Positions 8,686 through 15,867 of a stretch of DNA of 28,059 bases are shown in pieces (within the stretch, counting starts at the first letter, position 1; each line of letters starts with the position of its first letter). Below the pieces are notes generated by a model that was not told where the DNA came from, searched no databases, and saw only the letters and a program-made list of their open reading frames with translations. Made by a program: the position numbers and the translations under genes. This stretch comes from a virus (taxonomy: Duplodnaviria > Caudoviricetes), in IMG/VR virus record IMGVR_UViG_3300023257_000094, positions 1 to 28,059 of that record; one strand, 5' to 3'.

Positions 8686-9597
8686 ATGAAAATTGACCTA
8701 AAAAAACTTGCTGAAATTGAGCAGTACATGCCAATTATAGTATTGAAGCAGAACATTCAAAATGCGGTACTCGATATGATGGGTAAGGTGCTTTTTGATG
8801 AAGGTAAACACACGTATACCCGGGTATCAGATGGGAAACTATTAGCTGGCGTTACATCTGTAACGAGTCTTGTACCGAAAGAATGGCTTGCAGCGTGGGG
8901 TGCTAAAGAATCTGTAAAGTTTCTAGGGTTCTCAGACTTCCCAGAAGACGTAGAGATTGCAGAGACAATGCTTAAAAAGATTAAAGCATGTAAAACAATC
9001 AAACAGTATGTCGCTATACTCAAGGAAGCAAAGGGTGCAGCGTTCAGAAAATCAAAAGATGCTATGCTCGATGGTAAAATTGGACATGATTGGATTGAGC
9101 GGTATATTAAAACTCAAATGCGTGGAGAGAAGGCTCCGGATATGCCAGAAGGAATGCTTGAACGTCCATTAAAACAATTCCTTGAATGGGAAAAGAAGAA
9201 TATAAAGCTATGGCTACTATCAGAAGCGCGTGTATGTGACCCAGAACGTGAATACGCTGGGACACTAGATGCTATGGCGATAATGAATGACGGATCATCT
9301 GCGATTATTGATTACAAATTTGCATCACACATCTCAGATGAATACTCATTGCAACTTGCCGGGTATGTCGCAACATTCGAAAAGTATGGAATAAAGATTG
9401 ATAAACGAATCATTGTACGCCTACCTAAGACACTTGAAATACCAGAATGGAATCCTAAGACGTATAAGTATAAAATGATTGAGAATAATATTGAAATTAT
9501 GAATTTTGATAAAAATTATGAATTTGATCGCGACACATTCTACTCAGCGCTCCCAGTTCGTAAGTGGGTTAATTTTGCACAAAAAAAATCTAATTAA
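8686..9597 (+). CDS. PD-(D/E)XK exonuclease (phage recombination nuclease)
   Basis: FDEGKHTY, GVTSV, GKIGH, YAGTLD...IIDYK, LQLAGY. Confidence 0.85.
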   Translation: MKIDLKKLAEIEQYMPIIVLKQNIQNAVLDMMGKVLFDEGKHTYTRVSDGKLLAGVTSVTSLVPKEWLAAWGAKESVKFLGFSDFPEDVEIAETMLKKIKACKTIKQYVAILKEAKGAAFRKSKDAMLDGKIGHDWIERYIKTQMRGEKAPDMPEGMLERPLKQFLEWEKKNIKLWLLSEARVCDPEREYAGTLDAMAIMNDGSSAIIDYKFASHISDEYSLQLAGYVATFEKYGIKIDKRIIVRLPKTLEIPEWNPKTYKYKMIENNIEIMNFDKNYEFDRDTFYSALPVRKWVNFAQKKSN

Positions 9598-9614
9598 GTA
9601 ATAAGAAAATAATT

Positions 9615-10058
9615 ATGGACTGCCCAGTATGTAAAGGCTTAATGTGGGATAACACCAATAACAAAAAATCCCCAACGTCACCAGATTACACTTGTAAGAA
9701 TAAAGAATGTAAGTGGTCACAAGATAGAAAAACTAAAGAGTATGTTCAAGGACAATATACAACTGCTGTATGGCTTCCTAAAGAACAAGCACCAGCACCA
9801 GCACCAGCACCAGCACCAGTAGCAGGAGCAAGCGCTGTACCTCAGAAGGTTGATATGAGTGAAGTTGTTACTATATTAAGAGATATTAATTCAGTACTAC
9901 ATACAGTATTCTCTAAAGAATTGATACAAAGATCAACGGAACTCGCTGAACATGAAACAGCTGAACCAATGCCAACTACTGATACTGATCCAGACCCAAC
10001 ACCAGTTGATTCTTCTGATGATGGTAGTGATATAAATGTGGAAGACATCCCATATTAA
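9615..10058 (+). CDS. Zn-finger protein with a PA linker and SSB-like acidic tail
   Basis: CPVC..MWDN..PDYTC..C; (GCACCA)5 at 9789-9818; ends DINVEDIPY. Confidence 0.7.
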   Translation: MDCPVCKGLMWDNTNNKKSPTSPDYTCKNKECKWSQDRKTKEYVQGQYTTAVWLPKEQAPAPAPAPAPVAGASAVPQKVDMSEVVTILRDINSVLHTVFSKELIQRSTELAEHETAEPMPTTDTDPDPTPVDSSDDGSDINVEDIPY

Positions 10059-10375
10059 TGAAGTGTACGTGTAATTATAACGAATCGGTAAAGTTTATAC
10101 CTAGAATAATTCATAATAGAAAATGTAAAATGAGTACCTATCTTGAAAAACACAACGAAGGACTGAGAAAGATAACGCAAGAAGACTATATTGAATATAT
10201 CAAAAGTATTCCGTGGGAAGTTATACATAGTCTAGCAATTATACGCATGGAAGAAGGAGACAAAAGGCACGGGGATTGGAGAAATAGATTCAAAACAAAA
10301 GCAGAATTGAGAAAAGAATTTATCGAAGAACAGTCAGACGGACTCAATTATATGGAAATGGAAATTGATTTATAA
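10058..10375 (+). CDS. Hypothetical protein
   Basis: ORF track; translationally coupled. Confidence 0.55.
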   Translation: MKCTCNYNESVKFIPRIIHNRKCKMSTYLEKHNEGLRKITQEDYIEYIKSIPWEVIHSLAIIRMEEGDKRHGDWRNRFKTKAELRKEFIEEQSDGLNYMEMEIDL

Positions 10376-10377
10376 AT

Positions 10378-10713
10378 ATGGCCTCAAGAAGAATGTTATC
10401 AAAATCTATAAGCTATTCTACAAAAGTAAATGAATTATCATCAGACTTTGCACGCTTACTGTACACATGGATAATCCCACATCTTGATGATTGGGGTAGG
10501 ACGGATGGTAATTCTCAAGGGATTAAACTTCAAGTAATGCCGGGATCAGATAAAACGGTAGAAGAATTTGAAAAAGCATTACAAGAAATGAATGATGTTG
10601 GACTCATAGATAGATATGAGGTAGAAGGAAAGATGTATATCCAATACACAAACTTCGATGAATATCAATGGGGACTAAAAAAAAGCGGAAAGAGTAAAAT
10701 CCCATCCGCATAA
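10378..10713 (+). CDS. Phage replisome organiser/replication initiator, N-terminal domain only
   Basis: MASRRMLSKSI...ARLLYTWIIPHLDDWGR...GLIDRYEVEGKMYIQYTNFDEYQ...SKIP. Confidence 0.75.
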   Translation: MASRRMLSKSISYSTKVNELSSDFARLLYTWIIPHLDDWGRTDGNSQGIKLQVMPGSDKTVEEFEKALQEMNDVGLIDRYEVEGKMYIQYTNFDEYQWGLKKSGKSKIPSA

Positions 10714-10723
10714 CAAGAATTAT

Positions 10724-11200
10724 ATGGTACAAGGTAATATATTTAACAGCAATACACTAGATGTAAAAATGTTAAAAACAGGTGATGAAAACTGTCCACA
10801 TTGTAATAGATTAATGCGTGCATACTGTAAGACAATGGATAGACGTTTGGCGGAGGAGCTAATAGAACTATATAAATCTGTTGGTGGTAACAGAAGAACG
10901 CCATTTAATCCTAAAGAAGTATTTGTAGGGAATCATAATAAAATTACAGACTTCCAAAAACTAGGATACTGGTGGCTTATAGAACGTACAGACAAAGGTG
11001 GTTGGTGGAAAGTTACATATGATGGTGAGCAGTTTCTAAGAGGGAATCTATCAATAGAAAAACAGATCTGGATATTCAATGGTGAGAAAATTCCAAACGA
11101 TAATCCAAACCCAGAGATGGTGCACATTGGCAACTTATGTCCCCGCTGGCAAACAGATCGCTTAGATTATTCAGAAGACTTTGTGTTAGCAAAGCTATGA
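10724..11200 (+). CDS. Conserved-looking phage hypothetical protein (CPHC plus winged-helix-like region)
   Basis: KLGYWWLIE...GWWKVT.DGEQFL. Confidence 0.65.
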   Translation: MVQGNIFNSNTLDVKMLKTGDENCPHCNRLMRAYCKTMDRRLAEELIELYKSVGGNRRTPFNPKEVFVGNHNKITDFQKLGYWWLIERTDKGGWWKVTYDGEQFLRGNLSIEKQIWIFNGEKIPNDNPNPEMVHIGNLCPRWQTDRLDYSEDFVLAKL

Positions 11201-11349
11201 TGACAACCTGCCCTGCATGTGGCGAAAGAAAACAAGTCAATAAAATAAACTCTCCACTTGATCGCTATCATAGAATGAAGAAGAAAGGATACTGGAGTTG
11301 CTACAAACAATATCTTAAAGCTAAAAAATTATTTGAACCCTATGACTAA
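11197..11349 (+). CDS. Small Cys-containing hypothetical protein
   Basis: ATGA-coupled start MMTTCPACG. Confidence 0.5.
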   Translation: MMTTCPACGERKQVNKINSPLDRYHRMKKKGYWSCYKQYLKAKKLFEPYD

Positions 11350-11554
11350 ACAAGAAGAACAAAAGTGTGAAGCATGCGATAAAGCATTTAAGTTCAACAA
11401 ACTATCACATACCCTATGTAATGATTGCTGTAATGAAGATGAACTAAAGGCATTTGCAAACCTACCAGATGAAATAAAAATAATAGAAGTAGAGGAATTT
11501 GTTAGTGGTCAAACTATTGATCCATACCAACAATACCTAGAACAAAGACTATGA
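11342..11554 (+). CDS. Small Zn-finger protein (MTKQEE start)
   Basis: CEAC and CNDC pairs. Confidence 0.55.
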   Translation: MTKQEEQKCEACDKAFKFNKLSHTLCNDCCNEDELKAFANLPDEIKIIEVEEFVSGQTIDPYQQYLEQRL

Positions 11555-11796
11555 CTAAACAAGAAGAACAAAAGAAATGTAAAGAATGTAATACAACTAT
11601 ACCCGACTTAGTCGCAAGCTATGAAGACAACTATTGTAGCAAGGAGTGTTATGAAGCCCAGAATAACGGACACAAATGTACAAGTAATTGTCGCAGAGAG
11701 GGTTGTCCACTATGTATTCACGGAGTACATGAGGAGATATATTGTGAAGTGTGTGACGATGAACAAAACCCTGATTGGGAGAAGGAGAAATCATGA
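11551..11796 (+). CDS. Cys-rich protein (MTKQEE start)
   Basis: Multiple CxxC motifs. Confidence 0.55.
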   Translation: MTKQEEQKKCKECNTTIPDLVASYEDNYCSKECYEAQNNGHKCTSNCRREGCPLCIHGVHEEIYCEVCDDEQNPDWEKEKS

Positions 11797-12377
11797 GAAG
11801 TGCTGAAGTTAGGGAAAGGATAAGCATTGGGATTAAAAAGCATCACGAAACCTTAACCACAGAACAAAGAAATAGTATATATGGTGGTGCTAATAAGGGG
11901 AAGAAAAAGGAAAAAAGCTGGTTAGACAGACAATACAAGGAACGGCAGGATTACGATAGAAATTACTACAAGAAGAATAAGGATAAAAGAGAATCCCAAA
12001 TAAAAGATTATTATAAGAACAATAGACAGAAAATATACAATAGAATGAAAAAGAATAAAGAAGATTACCCAGAAAAAGACAAAGCTAGACTTATGGTGCA
12101 AAAGGCAGTAAAGTCTGGTGAGTTGAAACGAGAACCATGCTTATTTTGTGGCAATGAGAAAGTGCATGGGCATCATCAGGACTATAGTAAACCCCTTTTC
12201 GTTATATGGTTATGCCCTAAATGTCATAAAACATATCATGCACTATCTGAACAACAACTAGATAAGCAGAAGGAAGAATTTATTAACTACGAAAGATGTT
12301 TAGGATGTGGCAAATTAGGCGAAGAAGATGAATACTCATTATCGAGGATATGTTTAGATTGTACGGAGAAACTTTAA
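11793..12377 (+). CDS. HNH-type endonuclease
   Basis: AVKSGELKREPCLFCG..VHGHHQDYSKPL.VIWLCPKCH; ATG at 11793 is coupled to the upstream stop. Confidence 0.75.
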   Translation: MRSAEVRERISIGIKKHHETLTTEQRNSIYGGANKGKKKEKSWLDRQYKERQDYDRNYYKKNKDKRESQIKDYYKNNRQKIYNRMKKNKEDYPEKDKARLMVQKAVKSGELKREPCLFCGNEKVHGHHQDYSKPLFVIWLCPKCHKTYHALSEQQLDKQKEEFINYERCLGCGKLGEEDEYSLSRICLDCTEKL

Positions 12378-12583
12378 CTGACTCTCTTAAATAAACTACT
12401 ATGAAGAAAACATTTAGCGGGTTTGCAAAAGATATACCCGAACAAATAAAAGACTGGATTGAAGGCGAAAGCTCTGGATACAAAATAGAGTTAAAAAAGA
12501 ACTATGACTAAACAAGAAGAAGCAGTTGAAATTCCTGATGCTCCACCATTTACGCATAACATTAAGAATTTATTAAATAATAT

Positions 12584-13588
12584 ATGAAATACTTATCAAC
12601 ATTTACAGGCATAGGTGGATTTGAATTAGGAATACAAAAAGCATATGAGTTGATTAACTTGCAAAGTAATAATAATTGTGATAATATAGATATATGCAAA
12701 AACAATGCCCAAAATGTAAAAAAACAAAAGATATATCAGAGTTCTATAATTCAGGAACAAACACAAGGAGATGTAAAGAATGTTCCAGAAAAGAAGCTAA
12801 TGATAGATATAAAAGAAACCCAGAAAAATATAAAGGGGCAGTTTCAAGGTGGAAAAAAAGAAACCCAGAAAAATATAAACAGATTACAAGAGAACAAAAC
12901 GAAAAAAGGAGAAAAAGAATCCTTGATATGTACGGAAGAAAATGTGCCTGTTGTGGAGAGTCAGAAGAAAAATTTCTCACACTTGAACATAAACGACAAG
13001 ATGGATATAAAGACAGAAAAAAATACGGAACAGGATATATGTATCAACTCGCACTCAAAGAAAATAATAAATCAAAATACGAAATTCTGTGCTACAACTG
13101 CAACAATGCAAGAGGAAGATATGGGGAATGTCCCCATTTGCGTAGGATTTAGTGAGATAAATAAATATGCAACTAAAATATATGAAAAACATTTCCCAAC
13201 ACATACCAATTTTGGAGACATCACAACAATCAATGCTAAAGAACTCCCAGACTTTGATTTACTTGTCGGTGGAGTGCCCTGTCAAAGTTGGAGTATTGCA
13301 GGAAAAAGAGGCGGATTTGAAGATGAGCGTGGAAATATGTGGTTTCAATATTCTCGCATACTTAGAGCAAAACAGCCCAAATTCTTCGTCGCTGAAAATG
13401 TTAAGGGACTTCTCTCCCACGATGGAGGTAAAAGCATGGAACGAATATGTGAAGAACTTTGCGGATGCGGTTACGCAATAGATTTTGAAGTACTTAATGC
13501 AAAGAACTTTGGTGTTCCGCAGAACCGTATGAGGGTTTTTATTATAGGAGTGCGTTTAGATTTACTTGACGAGTGTCAAGTGTTTTGA
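12584..13588 (+). CDS. dcm: C5 cytosine DNA methyltransferase, N-terminal part (motifs I-VIII), with a ~160-aa insert after motif I
   Basis: FTGIGG (I), SEIN (II), GDIT (III), GGVPCQSWS (IV), ENVKG (VI), QNRMRVFIIG (VIII). Confidence 0.9.
   Translation: MKYLSTFTGIGGFELGIQKAYELINLQSNNNCDNIDICKNNAQNVKKQKIYQSSIIQEQTQGDVKNVPEKKLMIDIKETQKNIKGQFQGGKKETQKNINRLQENKTKKGEKESLICTEENVPVVESQKKNFSHLNINDKMDIKTEKNTEQDICINSHSKKIINQNTKFCATTATMQEEDMGNVPICVGFSEINKYATKIYEKHFPTHTNFGDITTINAKELPDFDLLVGGVPCQSWSIAGKRGGFEDERGNMWFQYSRILRAKQPKFFVAENVKGLLSHDGGKSMERICEELCGCGYAIDFEVLNAKNFGVPQNRMRVFIIGVRLDLLDECQVF
12659..12687 (+). promoter_or_regulatory. Internal promoter for nested HNH1, probably leaderless
   Basis: TTGCAA-17 nt-TAATAT with TGn; ATG 6 nt downstream at 12694. 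Confidence 0.6.
12694..13152 (+). CDS. HNH endonuclease nested in an alternative frame inside the MTase gene
   Basis: CPKC..CKEC Zn finger; CACCG..FLTLEH..ILCYNCN..CPH. Confidence 0.85.
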   Translation: MQKQCPKCKKTKDISEFYNSGTNTRRCKECSRKEANDRYKRNPEKYKGAVSRWKKRNPEKYKQITREQNEKRRKRILDMYGRKCACCGESEEKFLTLEHKRQDGYKDRKKYGTGYMYQLALKENNKSKYEILCYNCNNARGRYGECPHLRRI

Positions 13589-13594
13589 TACACT
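13566..13594 (+). promoter_or_regulatory. Promoter for HNH2, probably leaderless
   Basis: TTGACG-17 nt-TACACT with TGn; ATG 6 nt downstream at 13601; -35 lies in the inverted repeat CTTGAC-gagt-GTCAAG. Confidence 0.65.
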
Positions 13595-13600
13595 TAATAC

Positions 13601-14008
13601 ATGAAAAATGAACAATATAAAGAAATGCACGAGGTATATAAAAAGGGTTTTTCCTTGGCAGAAGTTGGTAGAATGTTTGGCGTGGCTAGACAAACTGTCC
13701 ACAATGGACTTTCTCGGCGTGGTTATAAACCAAGAAAGAAAAAGCCACTACCTTTTTTAGTATTTAACGGAAATAAGTACACCTTAAAAAACCATGGATA
13801 CTATGGGAGAACCGATGGGGATAGAACTCTGATGCACCGAGATGTTTGGGAACACCACAATGGTAAAATACCACCAAGCCACGACATACATCACATAGAC
13901 CATGACAAAACAAACAACGATATTATTAACCTAGAACTTTACAAAAAATCAGAACACGCTAGAAAGTTCGCAACAGGAAACAATCAGTATGGCAAATTCA
14001 ATAGATAA
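13601..14008 (+). CDS. HTH-HNH homing endonuclease splitting the MTase gene
   Basis: GFSLAEVGRMFGVARQTV HTH; MHRDVW..HDIHHIDHDKTNN..NLEL..EH. Confidence 0.9.
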   Translation: MKNEQYKEMHEVYKKGFSLAEVGRMFGVARQTVHNGLSRRGYKPRKKKPLPFLVFNGNKYTLKNHGYYGRTDGDRTLMHRDVWEHHNGKIPPSHDIHHIDHDKTNNDIINLELYKKSEHARKFATGNNQYGKFNR

Positions 14009-14273
14009 ACTTAAACTAAAACTATTATGCAATCCAAAAATAAAAATGATGGCGTTCAACTTTCCACAAGGTACGAACAATACGAGTTCGCTAAGCGACA
14101 TCTTGGAGGAGAACCCAGACGAAAAGTATTTCCTATCGGACAAGCAGACACAAAGTCTAATAGCAACACACTCAGGACAAACTATTCAAATGGACACTCT
14201 AACGAAACCTATATTAGACAGCTTAACAAACCAAAGCACTCCAACGACAGAATCTACGGAACAGATGGAGTAA
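13989..14273 (+). CDS. Overlapping MTase-related peptide (FNFP...LSDILEENPDEKYFLS); start may be at the internal MMAFNFP
   Basis: Segment typical of the post-motif-VIII region of C5 MTases. Confidence 0.5.
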   Translation: MANSIDKLKLKLLCNPKIKMMAFNFPQGTNNTSSLSDILEENPDEKYFLSDKQTQSLIATHSGQTIQMDTLTKPILDSLTNQSTPTTESTEQME

Positions 14274-14494
14274 GTCCAACACTTAACACAGCACAAGGAG
14301 GAAACAGACAACCATTTATTCCAGAAGAATCAAGAATCCGCAGACTAACACCTCTCGAATGTGAACGCTTGATGGCTTACCCTGATGGTTGGACAGAGGG
14401 ACTAAGTGATACGCAGCGATACAAGACTCTAGGAAATGGCATTGTATCAAATGTCGTAGAAGCAGTTATAAGTCGACTAGAACAATCTAATTAA
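14027..14494 (+). CDS. C5 DNA methyltransferase, C-terminal part (TRD, motifs IX-X)
   Basis: HLGGEPRRKVFPI, GVSPTLNT, RRLTPLECERLMAYPDGWT, QRYKTLGNG. Confidence 0.85.
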   Translation: MQSKNKNDGVQLSTRYEQYEFAKRHLGGEPRRKVFPIGQADTKSNSNTLRTNYSNGHSNETYIRQLNKPKHSNDRIYGTDGVSPTLNTAQGGNRQPFIPEESRIRRLTPLECERLMAYPDGWTEGLSDTQRYKTLGNGIVSNVVEAVISRLEQSN

Positions 14495-14509
14495 ATAACA
14501 TAAATAAGC

Positions 14510-15082
14510 ATGAGAACAATCAAAGTATCAGATGAGACATTTGAACTCATCAAAGACCAATTGAAAGAAGACAAACCAAAAAAGAAAACAGAGATTCTAA
14601 ATAAGAGTGGTGGTGTACTTTATAGTTCTGATAAGGAGACTATAAAAGAAGCAGTTGTTGAGGCGGTGGACAGTGAAGCTGACCTGCGTGAAGCTAACCT
14701 GAGTGGAGCTGATTTGAGTGAAGCTTACCTACGTGGAGCTAACCTGCATGGAGCTAATCTGCGTGGAGCTAATTTGAATGGAGCTAATTTGTATGGAGTT
14801 AATCTGCGTGGAGCTAATTTGAATGGAGCTAATTTGTGTGGAGCTAATTTGAATGGAGCTAATTTGTATGGAGCTAACCTGCATGGAGCTGATTTGAGTG
14901 GAGCTAACCTGAGTGGAGCTGACCTGTGTGAAGCTAACCTGCATGGAGCTGACCTGATTGGAGCTAACCTGAGTGGAGCTGACTTAATGAACGCAAAGTT
15001 CTACGGTAAAGGTGGAGATACTAAAATCAGAAAGAAAGATTTAGACAACTTCTTAAAAGCACTTGGTATTGTAGTAGATTAA
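14510..15082 (+). CDS. Pentapeptide-repeat protein
   Basis: About 20 tandem A(N/D)LxG units (15-bp repeats at ~14675-14990). Confidence 0.9.
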   Translation: MRTIKVSDETFELIKDQLKEDKPKKKTEILNKSGGVLYSSDKETIKEAVVEAVDSEADLREANLSGADLSEAYLRGANLHGANLRGANLNGANLYGVNLRGANLNGANLCGANLNGANLYGANLHGADLSGANLSGADLCEANLHGADLIGANLSGADLMNAKFYGKGGDTKIRKKDLDNFLKALGIVVD

Positions 15083-15092
15083 CCTAAGAGAT

Positions 15093-15242
15093 ATGAAAGA
15101 AAAAACTAATACATGTAAAGTTTGCCATAAACAGTTCTCTTATAAACAAAGGGGATTCACTATTAGGAATACTTGCTCAAATGAATGTAGGCTTGAGGTA
15201 TCAAGACGATTAGGTAACACTTATTTTAATAAGAACGTATGA
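15093..15242 (+). CDS. Small Zn-finger ORF
   Basis: Manual translation: CKVC..TCSNEC. Confidence 0.45.
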   Translation: MKEKTNTCKVCHKQFSYKQRGFTIRNTCSNECRLEVSRRLGNTYFNKNV

Positions 15243-15261
15243 AACCACGAACAGCTATTCA

Positions 15262-15441
15262 ATGAAGTCAAAAATATGTAATGCGTGTGAAAAGGAATTA
15301 GAACTTGATCATTTTTGTAATGATAGAAGTAAGAAAAAGGACGGTAAGTCTACAATATGTAAGGAATGTCGTAGCGAAAGAGTTAAATTATTTAGAAAAA
15401 ATAACTTAAAATTAGTTAGGGAATATGATAGAAGGAGATGA
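15262..15441 (+). CDS. Zn finger like an HNH N-terminus, lacking the nuclease domain
   Basis: Manual translation: MKSKICNACEKELELDHF..KDGKSTICKECR. Confidence 0.5.
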   Translation: MKSKICNACEKELELDHFCNDRSKKKDGKSTICKECRSERVKLFRKNNLKLVREYDRRR

Positions 15442-15453
15442 GGAGAATAAAAC

Positions 15454-15482
15454 TTGACGTATTATTGGGAATGGTTTATTAT
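15454..15482 (+). promoter_or_regulatory. Sigma70-like promoter
   Basis: TTGACG-17 nt-TATTAT. Confidence 0.65.
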
Positions 15483-15515
15483 GTACATACAAGTACGAGA
15501 CCATTTTCATATAAG

Positions 15516-15546
15516 AAACGCGGGTTCTCGTACACCTGCGTTTTTT
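15516..15546 (+). terminator. Intrinsic terminator/attenuator
   Basis: AAACGCGGGT-TCTCGTAC-ACCTGCG followed by T6. Confidence 0.7.
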
Positions 15547-15840
15547 GTTACCCTAGAGAACATAAGTCTGACTGGCAGGGTTAAAAGCCGGTCTCGCTAT
15601 GCCCGATTCGCGTCCGACGCGACGGAATAGTTACATAAACTAAGTGCAGTAACCAATCTGTCTTCGGTGGATACAGCCGAAGTAAAATGCCTACTTAGTG
15701 CCTGTTAATACCTACACAGTAAGATGTATAAACATATAGTAGAGATTAAAACTACACTAATATATGCCTCACTCTATAAGAGAACAAAGCCCTCATCACG
15801 CCCTCGCTCTGGAATAGTCCCAATTAACACAGCTATGATT
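15547..15840 (+). ncRNA. Candidate structured ncRNA or long 5' leader
   Basis: No ORF in the track, GC-richer than its flanks, several hairpins and loop-pairing segments. Confidence 0.4.
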
Positions 15841-15867
15841 TTATAAATAAAATAATAGAACAATCAA

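Noticed and set aside
8686-9597. Cas4/CRISPR system
   Set aside because: No array or other cas genes; an ordinary phage PD-(D/E)XK exonuclease fits the context
13167-13481. 104-aa +1-frame ORF inside the MTase as an EcoHK31I-like beta subunit
   Set aside because: It stops at 13481, before any LSDILE-type segment; most likely a shadow or vestige of the MTase frame
13550-14098. Group I or II intron carrying HNH2
   Set aside because: The non-coding flanks are too short and AT-rich for a catalytic core, and there is no U|...G| junction or group II end motif
14675-14990. Regular repeats as a CRISPR array
   Set aside because: They are 15-bp coding pentapeptide repeats without unique spacers; the antisense ORF 14729-14944 is their shadow
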